A DNA stretch of 64,000 nt from Macrostomum lignano (taxonomy: Eukaryota): the NCBI GenBank assembly GCA_002269645.1, contig NIVC01001493.1:124001-188000 (forward strand). Reading direction: 5' to 3'. How positions within the stretch are numbered: the first letter of the stretch is position 1; each line of letters opens with the position of its first letter. Shown here one piece after another: positions 22,964-35,950 of this stretch. The notes under the pieces are model-generated. The model searched no databases. It was not told the DNA's origin and saw only the letters and a program-made list of their open reading frames with translations. The position numbers and the translations under genes were made by a program.

Positions 22964-25900
22964 ATGGAGGCTGGGGGTGCCGGCTCTAGCACCGAAGACT
23001 TGGTTGATTCGGCCATACAGGAGTCTGCAGCGGTGGCCTCGCTTCGCTATCTAAATAGCTCAACAGGTTCCACTAATCAGCAGTCAATGTCTTCCCAGCG
23101 TCCGAAAGCGGCAAAGCCAAGAAATCCGTTTCTTGAAGAAGAAGAAGACTTTGATAGTAAAAGCGACATAGGCGATGCTAGTGCTACTCATGTACAGTTT
23201 CAGCAGCAGCTGCAGCAAAACGCGCAACAATCTCAGTTGCAGAAGCAACAAGAAAGCAAAGTATCTGTGCATAAGTTTGCCGAATATTTGTTAACAAACA
23301 AATTCTATTTAACCGCCTTGGAGTACCATGCCGAACTGTGCGAGCGCGGCGAGCCGCAGGTGCCGAGATTGGCGAATTTCTTTAGTAATCCGGGAAATTT
23401 CGAATCCACTTATTGGCCAGCCTTGGACAGCCACGCTGGCGGACACGGTTCCGGCCGGATGCAACGATCGCCGAGCGTCACCACCTTCGATTCCATGGAT
23501 GCGGCTAGAAACTCGGACAATGGCGATCAGGCCACTGACGAACGCGTCCCTGTGTTAGAATTCGAGCTGAGAAAAGCTCGAGAAACGATTGCTAGCTTGC
23601 GGCAGGAGCTCACTAATAAGGCTAAATCCTTGCTGCAGCCTCATCGACTGTCTGAGGAGGATCCAGACGCTGCCTCGGCCGCTGCCACTGGAGGAGCAGC
23701 TGGAGGCGCAGTTGTCGGTGGTGCCAATGAAGGTGACGAGACTGACAGCGAAAGGCAGGCCAGTTCTTCAGCTAACGAGCCAATCCAAAGTCACGAGAAG
23801 CGCGTATTGAACTTTCTAATTTACGAGTACCTGCTGCAGATGGATTATAAGTACACGCCGGCATCCTTTGCCGAAGAGAATGCCGATCAAATATTCGACT
23901 CCTGGGACGATGTCGGCTTGAATATGCCCAAGCCGAAGGATCTATTAAGGATGTTGAGATCGCAGGAGTCTGCATCAGCCGCTGCTGCTTCCGCCGCCGC
24001 TACTGCGGCGTTGCAAACTGCGGAGGCTGAATGTCAGACAGATCCAGATGAGCAGCGGTTGGCTTGGGAACGGGAGCGTGTTGAACTGCGCGAACGAACC
24101 GAAGAGCTGGAGGAATTAGTTGATCAGCTCAAGGCTGAGTCGGCTGCTAGTAAACAGCGTATGCTCAAGCTGGAAAATGACTTGCATAGAGCCAGGTAGC
24201 CTTTTTTATTTGTATCCTGGGGAATTTTTAAGCCTCAGAATCAAATAATATACTTAAAATCTCTCTCTATCCTACTCTTTACACTGCTAAGCCTCTGACT
24301 CACAGGTTGCTAACTCAGTGGGAGAGGTTGCTAACTCAGAGGTTGCTAACTCAGTGGGAGAGGTTGCTAACTCAGAGGTTGCTAACTCAGTGGGAGAGGT
24401 TGCTAACTCAGAGGTTGCTAACTCAGTGGGAGAGGTTGCTAACTCAGAGGTTGCTAACTCAGTGGGAGGTTGCTAACTCAGTGAGAGAGGATGCTAACTC
24501 AGTGGGAGAGGTTGCTAACTCAGTGGGAGAGGTTGCTAACTCAGTTGGAGAGGTTGCTAACTCAGTGAGAGAGGTTGCTAATTTAGTGGGAGAAATTGCT
24601 AACCCAGAGAGAGGTTGTTAACTCAGTGAGAGAGGTGGCTAACTCAGTGGGAGAGGTTGCTAACTCAGTGAGAGAGGTTGCTAACACAGTGGGAGAGGTT
24701 GCTAACCCAGAGAGAGGTTGTTAACTCAGTGACAGAGGTTGCTAACTCAGTGAGAGAGGTTGCTAACTCAGTGAGAGAGGTTGCTAACTCAGTGAGAGAG
24801 GTGGCTAACCCAGTTGTAGGGATTGCTAGCCCAGTAGATCTGGCTTATTTGCCCTCTCAGAGTCAGAAAGTTAAGCAGAATAGACCGTGGTTAGTACGCA
24901 GCTCTTGCTTAACTTGTTTTTTAACAGATCTACAAACAAACAGATTAACAGATTAACAAAAGGTGACAGATCCGTCTGTCACCTTGTGATTATAAAAGTA
25001 TAATTTATAATTTTTATTGTGTTTATCGGGTCTGGACTTATAAACTATAAACCCGTGCACAATTAATCCAACAGGTCCAACATGGTGTCTACTAAGAGCA
25101 AAAGATCAGACACCGCAGGCACAGCCAATAGCGACGGCTCCGGATCTGCTTCGATTAATCGCGAAGTTGACGAACTCATGGAAGATGAAGAGCCCAGCTT
25201 CACCGCCACGTCTCGCTCGGTGCCTCAGTTATTTATCAGACAACTGTACCAGTCTGTGCTGCCGTTCCGTCTAGAGGAGAGCTTGGTTACCATGGGAACC
25301 AGTCCAGAGGAGCTGGTCCGCATTCTTGGCCACGTGCTGCCCTGTCTCATACCGGGCGTGCTGTTTGACTATCGGCATCTAGCAGTGCCGCTGGCGGTTC
25401 ACACGGCCTGCCTGCACCCGGACTCCGGAGCCCGAGACCAACTGCTTCGCCTGTTGTTTAACATGACCAAAACTCCCGATAGGAAGCAGAGAAATGAAAT
25501 TCTAGAAGGCTGTTTAAGCTTCGCTAAAAGTGTCGGGCCTAGCCGGATTGAAGCGGAACTGCTGCCTCAGATCTGGGAACAGTTGGGTCACAAGGCCGAC
25601 TCAAGGCGGCTGCTTGTTGTTGAAGCCTGCGCCACTTTGCTGCCATTTCTGCCAGCCACTCTGCGCGACTCTCTTGTGCTCAGCATGCTGCAGCAGATGT
25701 TTGAAGAGGAGCGCACCGCGGAAGTTCGTTGCGCTATTATCCGGACATTGTCTCTGTTGTCCTGCTATATTGAGGATCGGGATAAATTCCCAGCGATTGC
25801 AAAGATTTTAATTGCCTGTCTAACGGACGGGACTAGCGAGTCTATATCGGAGACTACAGCTGATTTCCTGTTGCCAGCTGTGGCCAGCTGGGCGCTGGAG

Positions 25901-28900
25901 CTGGGATGCTTGCACACTGGCTTGATCGATCCTATGCTAGACCGATTGGATAGCTCTCTGCGTCAGCTGCCCAGCGTCTCGGAGGCGTTGCAATTGTCTC
26001 GACTGTTGCAATTGTTGCGACTGTTGGTGCCGTTTGTAGTTGTCTGGATTGTCAGGCACTTGCCGCAGAGTTCAGGTTGGTGTACATGCCTAACGATGCA
26101 TGGGGTGCATCCAGGCATCCGGGCTGAGATCCAAGGTGCACTCTGTTCTGACTGTTCACCGGTGTCTCAGCCCGGCTGTTCACCGGGATCTCAGCCCGGC
26201 TGTTCACCGGGATCTCAGCCCGTCTTGTTCACTGGGATCTCAGCCCGGCTGTTCACCGGGATCTCTGCCCGTCTTGTTCACCGGTGTCTCAGCCAGGCTG
26301 TTCACCGGGGTCTCAGCTAAGCTGTTCACCGGGGTCTCAGCCAGGCTGTTCACCGGGATCTCAGCCCGGCTTGTTCACCGGGATCTCAGCCCGTCCTGTT
26401 CACCGGGGTCTCAGCCAAGCTGTTCACCGGGATCTTATCCCTGCTGTTCACTGGGATCTCAGCCCTGTTATTTACCGGGATCTCAGCCCGGCTGTTCACC
26501 GGGATCTCCGCTCGTCTTGTTCACCGGGGTCTCAGCCAAGCTGTTCACCGGGATCTCAGCCCTGCTGTTCACTGGGATCTCAGCCCGGCTGTTCACCGGG
26601 ATCTCTGCCCGTCTTGTTCACCGGGATCTCAGCCCGGCTGTTCACCGGTAGCTCAGCCCGTCTTGTTCACCGGTGTCTCAGCCAGGCTGTGAACCGGCGT
26701 CTCAGCTAAGCTGTTCACCGGGGTCTCAGCCCGTCCTGTTCACCGGGGTCTCAGCCCGGCTGTTCACCGGGATCTCCGCCCGTCTTGTTCACCGGGGTCT
26801 CAGCCAAGCTGTTCACCGGGATCTCAGCCCTGCTGTTCACTGGGATCTCTGCCCGTCTTGTTCACCGGGATCTCAGCCCGGCTGTTCACCGGTAGCTCAG
26901 CCCGTCTTGTTCACCGGTGTCTCAGCCAGGCTGTGAACCGGCGTCTCAGCTAAGCTGTTCACCGGGGTCTCAGCCAGGCTGTTCACCGGGATCTCAGCCC
27001 GGCTTGTTCACCCGGATCTCAGCCCGTCCTGTTCACCGGGGTCTCAGCCAAGCTGTTCACCGGGATCTTAGCCCTGCTGTTCACTGGGATCTCAGCCCTG
27101 TTGTTTACCGGGATCTCAGCCCGGCTGTTCACCGGGGTCTCAGCCCGGCTTGTTCATCGGGGTCTCGCCAAATCAAGACAATTAAATCTAGTGTATTTAA
27201 AAGTACACTGGGGCAAATGTGAAGCAGAACTGGCCATAGACAACTTGGGCCGGGCATGTGTGTAAACATTTTCGTACTAACTAAAATTAACACTTTGTTT
27301 GTTTCCTGACTTACTATTAGTAGTATTATATCGTCTATTTATTTCTAACAGGCTATGGACAGCAGCAACAACAGCAACAGAAAAATCTGTTCCGCTCAGC
27401 AGTAGAGCAATCAGCTGTTTCTTCAAGCAATGGCGAATCAAATTCCATCTCAGGCGGGGCGGCATCGTCTGCGGTTGTTGCTTCGGCCAATCAGAGTCGA
27501 CCGAATCTCTACGCTTATGACCTTATTTGTCCTAGCTTTGCTTTGTACAGCCAGGCCTTACACTGCTACTGCAGTCAGCCGGCTTGGGAAGCCTGGTCCG
27601 AGGCCGCCTACATCAATGCCCGCCTAGCGCCGGGCCTCCTCACAGTTCTCCAATGCCAGCATATTAACGAAGTTCACTGCTCGGCTGTTTGTCGCTTATT
27701 TGCTCAACTTTCGGCTAGTCTGGGTGTCTATTTTGTACAGCGCACCCTGATGCCGCTCATGCGGCGCCAGCTGTACGACTTGACTACTTCGCAACTGAGA
27801 TTGGACGCCTTGGAGACCTGCCTACCTGCCGGCTATTGCGTCTGCCTTTTGGCCGCCTGCAGCGAGGACGAGACTGACACCTACGAGGCCGAGTTGCGAG
27901 ATGAAGTTCATAAGGTACTTTTTCTTGTCAATTCGTTTCTTTTATCATCGTTCTCTGATTGTAGCTGAATGTGTCGTTAAATGCATCGGTATGTGTCTGT
28001 CAAAGTGTCGCCACATGTGCCGGTATGTCTCGATGTCAAAGTGTCGCTAAATGTGTCGGTATGTCTCGATGTCAAAGTGTCGCTAAATGTGTCAGTATGT
28101 CTCGATGTCAAAGTGTCGCTAAATGTGTCGGTATGTCTCGATGTCAAAGTGTCGCTAAATGTGTCGGTATGTCTCGATGTCAAAGGGTCGCTAAATGTGT
28201 CGGTATGTCTCGATGTCAAAGGGTCGCTAAATGTGTCAGTATGTGTCGATGTGAAAGAGTCCCTCATGTGTCGATGTCGAAGTGTCGCTAAATATTTCGG
28301 TTATGTCGATCAAAAGTAGTCGAATGTCGGTAAAGATACATTCATATAGGTGCCGCTACACTGATTAATGCATATCAAAATTGTTGTCGTGTGCTCCACA
28401 GGTGCTCCTAGACGGTGTCGCAGCGCTAGCCAACAGTAAACGCCGCCTAAACGGTATCTGCGCCTGTCTTAAAGAACTGTGCAGCTGCCTGCCTAGCGGT
28501 AGCGGCGAGCGAGCTGCCCTTCGTCTACTGTGGGACTGCATCGTTCTTCCAGAAGCAACTGTCGAACTACGGTCAGCCTGTTGCCGGCTGTGCAACGCTT
28601 TAGTGCACAGCACAGAGAATGAAGCTACAATAGGCGAGACAGTGAAAGCTTTGGTCACCCTGGCATCGGATTCGTCAAGTGCAGTACGCCGAGCCTGTGT
28701 GAAACCACTGGGCTCGATTTTAACGCTGGCTAAATCGGCCGAACTGTTAGACAAAGTGCGGGTGCAGACTAGCGAGATCCTGTTCGACCCGGGCCCTGAT
28801 GACGACATGGAGTCCAGGATTGAGTGCGCCAACTATTGCACCGCTTTTGGGCCGAAGGTTGATCAAAGATTTCGCGAAGATGTCCTGCTGCCCGCGCTGG

Positions 28901-29274
28901 ACAGGCTGACGGTTGGTTGTCCGACATCGGCTGCTGGACAGAAACTGTTGCTAAGCCTATTCGAAGCCTACTCAGCTCTGAGCTGTTCGTATCTAAGCGC
29001 CGGAGCCGCTGAGAATAAGCTGTTGCCAGGCCTGAAACAGCTGGCTGATAAATTAATAAGCCACCCGGATCACCGCACTGTGATTGATGCGATTGTTCAA
29101 GATTTTGAAGCCAGACTGCAGGTCTCTATGCAGCCAGCTGAGCAGCAACAACAACCGCAACAGCAACAGCAGCAGCAAGCAAATGAAGCAACGAAATCTT
29201 CCGGTCTAGTCGATCGATTGAAAGATTTTCGGGATAGCAAAAATTCGCGATCTCTGTTTGGACGTAAAAAATGA
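22964..29274 (+). CDS. RELCH: RAB11-binding LisH/coiled-coil/HEAT repeat protein (KIAA1468), 4 exons, 1222 aa
   Basis: Exons 22964-24195, 25075-26075, 27352-27914, 28402-29274; all GT-AG and phase-consistent (3669 nt). Two LisH-like motifs (FAEYLLTNKFYLTALEYHAEL; LNFLIYEYLLQMDYKYTPASFAEEN), VLEFELRKARETIASLR, and HEAT repeats (LLPQIWEQLGH, SRRLLVVEAC). Confidence 0.92.
24304..24812. repeat. 21-bp minisatellite (with 15-bp short units), RELCH intron 1
   Basis: Unit GAGGTTGCTAACTCAGTGGGA. Confidence 0.95.
26148..27165. repeat. ~23-24-bp minisatellite, RELCH intron 2
   Basis: Unit GGGATCTCAGCCCGGCTGTTCACC and variants. Confidence 0.95.
27985..28310. repeat. 36-bp minisatellite, RELCH intron 3
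   Basis: Unit GTGTCGGTATGTCTCGATGTCAAAGTGTCGCTAAAT. Confidence 0.95.
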
Positions 29275-30183
29275 GAAAAAAATTTGCGAACGCTTTTATA
29301 ATAACGAAGATTTAATAATTCCACTAACAGAACAATTTGTTAATCGGCTGGACTTTCAGGGATGCTTTAAAGATATTTTAAAGGCTCATATGATTAAAAG
29401 TACTTTTGGAGACAGAATAAATACGAGTATTGAAAGTTTAAATTAACATCACGATAGAGCCCAGGAGGTTGTCATGCAATTCACACCCTGAGAGTGTACA
29501 TGCCTGATGATTAGAAAGTCAAGGGGCCGCTGGAGATTAGCAGTTTTAAGACACAACACAAGCCTATTGTTAACTTCACGTGCCTAAATTTTAATTAATT
29601 GGATAATTTCTACAATACAATAATTGGATAAATTTATAATATACACTAATGCATGTGGTCACATAATATGCTCGGAGCTCGCTTCGATCTTTGCTAAAGC
29701 TTTCATCTAATTGATTTAATAGAAGCAATTCAAAAGTTGTGATATGTGTTAAAGTGCGTTTTTTTTAGAAACATAAAACAAACAGATTTTCAATAGTTCT
29801 GTCCATTATTGGCTTGCTGTACATTATATAATATATTTCATGAATTGCTTAAGACATGCCGATACAGAATAACATTCCAAGGTAATCAATGCTTTACTTA
29901 ATAATTCCGCGTACACGATTATATAACGGAGAGGAGTAATCTTAATTAAGAAATATTAGAAGTTCATTGTCATTCACTTTTTCGTCAGACTTTTCGCGTT
30001 GTTTTCGTCGGTAATGAATCAAAGACCAAATGTAATAAACATTCATTATTCCTTTCTTCTGATGTACTTATTATGTCGGCAGTAATTTTTTATGATAATC
30101 CAAATAAATTATTTCAAGAAATGTTCTTTATATTCCTTAAATATCTGGTCTCTTCATTTTAGCCAAGCGAGTGAATTTAGTGG

Positions 30184-30697
30184 AGGTAGGAAAGTGGGGT
30201 CAGCTGGTGGGGGTAGGAAAGTGGGGTCAGTTGGTGGGGGTAGGAAAGTGGGGTCAGCGGGTGGGGGGTAGGAAAGTGGGGTTCAGCTGGTGGGGGTAGG
30301 AAAGTGGGGTCAGTTGGTGGGGGTAGGAAAGTGGGGTTCAGCTGGTGGGGGTAGGAAAGTGGGGTCAGCTGGTGGGGGTAGGAAAGTGGGGTCAGCGGGT
30401 GGGGTAGGTAAGTGGGGTCAGCGGGTGGGGGGTAGGAAAGTGGGTCAGCTGGTGGGGGTAGGAAAGTGGGGTCAGCTGGTGGGGGTAGGAAAGTGGGGTC
30501 AGCTGGTGGGGGTAGGAAAGTGGGGTCAGCGGGTGGGGGGTAGGTTAGTGGGGCTAGCGGGTAGGGGTAGGAAAGTGGGGTTAGCGGGTCGGGGGTAGGA
30601 AAGTGGGGTTAGCGGGTCGGGGGTAGGAAAGTGGGGTTTGCGGGTTGGGGTAGGAAAGTGGGGTTAGCGGGTTGGGGTAGGAAAATGGGGTTAGCGG
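30184..30697. repeat. G-rich 27-bp minisatellite just upstream of ARL13B
   Basis: Unit TAGGAAAGTGGGGTCAGCTGGTGGGGG. Confidence 0.95.
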
Positions 30698-30745
30698 AAA
30701 TTCTGATATCTAATCAATCATTCAATTCTATTTTTGCATGCAACA

Positions 30746-33700
30746 ATGACAATCGGCGCTTGCTTTTTCGGCTTTGGCAAAAAGAAAAAGAATGCAAATA
30801 AGTAAGTTAATATAAATGCCAATTTTCTATGCTAATTATTCTACAAATGTAGAAAGCAGTATAACGGTTTTTTAATCATTTAAATGCTTGATTTCGCTAC
30901 TTATAGTAGAAATATGCAAATAATACTATCTTTATTTATCCAGAGAGATAACTCTAGCAATATTCGGCATTGACAATGCCGGCAAAACCACGACAACAAA
31001 AAGTATTCGAGGCGATTCGCTAGAAGTCTGTCCAACAATGGGCTTCGATCTAATCGAATTCAGCCTGGATAGTTACAATGTCTCCATGTACGATATTGGC
31101 GGCAGCGGCAACCTTCGCAGCATATGGAATAATTATTTTAGCGAGATACACGGCCTAGTGTATGTTGTTGACTCCTGCGATGCCGATAGGCTGGATGAGA
31201 CCAGGGCTACTCTGGCTGGTCTCCTGCAGAATGAGCTGATTCAGGGCAAACCTGTGCTACTGCTGGCTAATAAGCAGGACTCTGCTGAGGCTATGGACGA
31301 GGCTGAGATAGTTTCTTCACTGCGACTGTCTGAGCTGGCCTGCGCTAACAGGTGTCCCTGCCGCCTGGAGAGATCTGTGAGTTGGGCTAATTGGCTTGTT
31401 TTATTTTCTACTTCTTTCTTTGCGTCTGCTGGTTTTTTATCTTGCGTCTTTGCTCAGCTTCTGAGCTCCACTTTCTAATTTCTTTTTCCTCTATCCGCTG
31501 TCTCCCTCCCTCTATCCGCTGTCTCCTTCCCTCTATCCGCTGTCCCCTTCCTTCTATCCGCTGTCCCCTTCCTTCTATCCACTGTCTCTTCCCTATCCGC
31601 TGTCTACAACTCTGCCGCTGTCTCCTTCCTTCTATCCACTGTCTCCTTCCTTCTATCCGCTGTCTCCTTCCTTCTATCCACTGTCTCCTATCCGCTGTCT
31701 CCTTCCTTCTTTCCGCTGTCTCCTTCTATCTGCTGTCTCCTTCCTATCCGCTGTCTCCTCCCTATCCGCTGTCTCCTTCCTTCTATCCGCTGTCTCCTTC
31801 CTTCTATCCGCTGTCTCTTCCTTATCCGCTGTCTACAACTCTATCCGCTGTCTCCTTTCTCCTATCCGCTGTCTCCTTCCTTCTATCCGCTGTCTCTTCC
31901 CTATCCGCTGTTTACATCTCTATCCGCTGTCTACATCTCTCTATCCGCCGTCTCCTTCCCTCTATTAGTTGCCTCTTTCTTACACTTCCACTCTCTCCTA
32001 CACTTCATCTGCTGCAGTCGCCTCCAATTTATCGGCTCTCTCCAGTCTCCATCAGCATTGCCGCTCTGCCCCCTTTCCCCCAGGTGGCCAACATCGGCAC
32101 GGGCACCAAGATGGACAAAGGCATCAAGACAGGCCTGCGCTGGCTGCTGCAGTACATCAGCATGAACTGGGAGGAACTGGACGCCAGAGTCCAGCGGGAC
32201 AAAGCCGCCAAAGCCGCCGCCGACGCCGAGGAAGCTGCCGCTCGCAAAGAGCGAGTCAGACGGCGGCGGGAGGAGCGGGAACGTCAGGAAGCTGCCGAGG
32301 CGGCCGCCGCAGGCACCGCCCCGCTCGATGCCGCCGATAAGCCCGAAGATGATGCCGCGTCTGCGAGTGCTCCTGCCGCTGCAGCTGCCGCTGCCGATGA
32401 AGATAAAGATGCTAGCGATTTGCGTCCAAAACGACGCGGTGGAAGGCTGCGTCAGGTGTGTTAAATAATATTCCGATTATAGGCTAACCTACTGCTAGCG
32501 GCTTCCTGAACTCCCTTATTCTTATTCCTAATCTACTTGTTGATATCATTGCAGGCTGTCACTACAGACTCATTACAGGCTCAATACAGACTCTCACTAC
32601 AGACTTTCACTACTACAGAATCTCACTGTAGTCTTACTACAGAATCACAACACAGACTCACTAGAGACACTACAGACTCACTAGAGTCACTACAGACTCA
32701 CTACGGACTCACTACAGACTCACTACAGAATCTCACTATGGACTCACTACAGACTCACTACAGAATCTCACTACAGACTCACTACAGACTCACTACAGAA
32801 TCTCACTACGGACTCACTACAGAATCTCACTATGGACTCACTACAGAATCTCACTACAGACTCACTACAGACTCACTACAGAATCTCACTACAGACTCAC
32901 TACAGACTCACTACAGAATCTCACTACGGACTCACTACAAAATCTCACTATGGACTCACTACAGAATCTCACTACAGATTCACTACAGAATCTCACTACA
33001 GACTGACTATAGACTCACTACAGAATCTCACTACAGACTCACTACAGAATCTCACTATGGACTCACTACAGAATCTCACTACGGACTCACTACAGAATCT
33101 CACTACGGACTCACTACGGACTCACTACAGAATCTCACTACGGACTCACTACGGACTCAGTACAGAATCAGTACAGAATCTCACTACAGACTCACTACAG
33201 AATCTCACTACAGACTCAGTACAGAATCTCACTACAGACTCAGTACAGAATCTCACTACAGACTCACTACAGACTCGATAGATTCTTTGAGTCCCGTCCT
33301 TTTCACTTTCTCAAACCAATATCAACTCCACTAGGTTGAACCGCTAGACCAGCCGAGCGGCGTCGACAGCAGCAAGAATGCCGACGACAACGCCAAAAAC
33401 CGAGCCGATTCCGACAACGAAGAGCCGGCGTCGGCGTCAGCCGCCAATCGACATCGACTAAATCGCCGACATCGTCGACGTAGCAGTGGCGGCTCCGGCG
33501 ACTTCAACGAAGAGGACGGCAAAGAAGAGGACTACTCTAGCGAGCGTCGCCGACGTTCTAGACGACATCGTCGCGATGTCGATGATCCGACATCGGCCGC
33601 CGCTGTCGCGGCTGACGACCAGCCCGAGGAGAATAGCTCCGACCGGAAGCCGAAACAGGGATCGTCCTCTTCCGGCGAAAGATCGACTGCCGGCAAAACC

Positions 33701-34825
33701 GGGCGTCGGCATCGGCGGCTGGCACCGGCGGACGACGCCGCTGAAGGCGACGGCCAGGCAGCGGCGGCGGCGGCGGCGGCCCCTCCGGTTGGGCTGTTCG
33801 AAATCGGCGCTGGTCCCAAGGGGCGAGGCGACGAGGCCGGCGGCGGCTCTAGCAGGCTGTCCAGTAAGTCGATTGTCTGATCCCATTTATCCCCTCTCTA
33901 CTCACCTGTCTGATCCCATTTATCCCCTCTCTACTCACCTGTCTGATCCCATTTACCCCCTCTCTACTCACCTGTCTGATCCCATTCATCCCCTCTCTAC
34001 TCACCTGTCTGATCCCATTTACCCCCTCTCTACTCACCTGTCTGATCCCATTTACCCCCTCTCTACTCACCTGTCTGATCCCATTTACCCCCTCTCTACT
34101 CACCTGTCTGATCCCATTTACCCCCTCTCTACTCACCTGTCTGATCCCATTTATCCCCTCTCTACTCACCTGTCTGATCCCATTTATCCCCTCTCTACTC
34201 ACCTGTCTGATCCCATTTATCCCCTCTCTACTCACCTGTCTGATCCCATTCATCCCCTCTCTACTCACCTGTCTGATCCCATTTATCCCCTCTCTACTCA
34301 CCTGTCTGATCCCATTCATCCCCTCTCTACTCACCTGTCTGATCCCATTTATCCCCTCTCTACTCACCTGTCTGATCCCATTTATCCCCTCTCTACTCAC
34401 CTGTCTGATCCCATTTATCCCCTCTCTACTCACCTGTCTGATCCCATTTATCCCCTCTCTACTCACCTGTCTGATCCCATTCATCCCCTCTATTCTCACC
34501 TGTCTGATCCCATTCATCCCCTCTCTACTCACCTGTTTGATCCCATTCATCCCCTCTCTACTCACCTGTTTGATCCCATTCATCCCCTCTCTACTCACCT
34601 GTCTGATCCCATTCATCCCCTCTATTCTCACCTGTCTGATCTCATTCATCCCCTCTATTCTCACCTGTCTGATCTCATTCATCCCCTCTCTACTCACCTG
34701 TTTGATGCCATGTTTCTCTGCTGTCTGATTTAGTCTAAATCCGGTTATTAACATACAACATTTCAGAATTGCCACCGTTAAGAGGTGCCCAGCCGAACAC
34801 AGATGAGGCGGATCCTCTTACTTAA
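30746..34825 (+). CDS. ARL13B: ADP-ribosylation factor-like ciliary GTPase 13B, 5 exons
   Basis: Exons 30746-30801, 30944-31376, 32084-32455, 33335-33863, 34767-34825, all phase-consistent. GIDNAGKTT P-loop, DIGGS (no catalytic Gln, as in ARL13), ANKQD, MDKGIKTGLRWLL, charged coiled coil, RQ|VEPL VxP-type motif. Confidence 0.9.
31490..31960. repeat. ~21-bp pyrimidine-rich minisatellite, ARL13B intron 2
   Basis: Unit CTATCCGCTGTCTCCTTCCTT. Confidence 0.93.
32560..33275. repeat. 12/14-bp mixed minisatellite, ARL13B intron 3
   Basis: Units ACTCACTACAG-like: GACTCACTACAG and AATCTCACTACAG interleaved. Confidence 0.93.
33874..34706. repeat. 33-bp minisatellite (~25 copies), ARL13B intron 4
   Basis: Unit CTGTCTGATCCCATTTATCCCCTCTCTACTCAC. 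Confidence 0.97.
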
Positions 34826-35216
34826 AACCCGATTTTACTTCTTGTAGGTTCTTAAAATAATTTCCCTTCTTTGAAGAACCTGAGTAACTATTTTTATTAC
34901 TGTGATCCAAGTGGAAAGAAAAAGTGATATACTCGTATACAATTGTTCACTTTTACTTTAATAATTCTTACGTAAGTTCTCAGCTATTTAAAATAAAATT
35001 TTTACTTTCGCTTGCATTCCCTAACTTTAACACTGTTTCTGTGTAGTTTTTTGTTTTTTTGCGAATCATTGGCACCTTTTAGCTGTATATTGTGACTTGT
35101 TTTTTATTTTGTGAATAATATTTTTTATTGTACTGGTATGCAACAAATGCATTCTGATAAAATGCTTGCACAAAATATTCTTTTTTTTTCGTTTTGGATG
35201 CTCAGGTCCAATCTTT

Positions 35217-35950
35217 GGTCTTAGAGTCCCGATCCTGAGTCTTAGAGTCCCGATCATGAGTCTTAGAGTCCCGATCCTGAGTCTTAGAGTCCCGATCCTG
35301 AGTCTTAGAGTCCCGATCATGAGTCTTATAGTCCCGATCCTGAGTCTTAGAGTCCCGATCCTGAGTCTTATAGTCCCGATCCTGAGTCTTAGAGTCCCGA
35401 TCCTGAGTCTTAGAGTCCCGATCTTAAATCTTAGAGTCCCGATCCTGAGTCTTAGAGTCCCGATCCTAAGTCTTAGAGTCCCGATCCTGAGTCTTAGAGT
35501 CTCGATCCTGAGTCTTAGAGTCTCGGTCCTGAGTCTTAGAGTCTCGATCCTGAGTCTTAGAGTCCCGATCCTGAGTCTTAGAGTCTCGATCCTGAGTCTT
35601 AGAGTCTCGATACTGAGTCTTAGAGTCCCGATCCTGAGTCTTATAGTCCCGATCGTGAGTCTTAGAGTCCCGATCCTGAGTCTTAGAGTCCCGATCCTGA
35701 GTCTTATATTCCCGATCGTTAGTCTTAGAGTCCCGATCCTGAGTCTTAGAGTCCCGATCCTGAGTCTTATAGTCCCGATCCTGAGCGTTAGAGTCCCGAT
35801 CCTGAGTCTTATAGTCCTGATCCTGAGTCTTAGAGTCTCGATCCTGAGTCTTAGAGTCCCGATCCTGAGTCTTAGAGTCTCGATCCTAAGTCTTAGAGTC
35901 CCGATCCCCAGTCTTAGGGTCCCAACCGTGAGTCTTAGAGTCCCGATCCT
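35217..35950. repeat. 21-bp minisatellite, ARL13B-STRIP spacer
   Basis: Unit TCTTAGAGTCCCGATCCTGAG. Confidence 0.97.

Larger units (their letters stand above)
18108..22980. other. CpG-erased, TpA-rich hypermutated domain over transposon relics
   Basis: By-eye count finds only 2 CpG (18452, 20028) outside the two MITEs in ~4.9 kb. CpG is common on both sides and resumes at 22981, inside RELCH exon 1. Confidence 0.9.
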
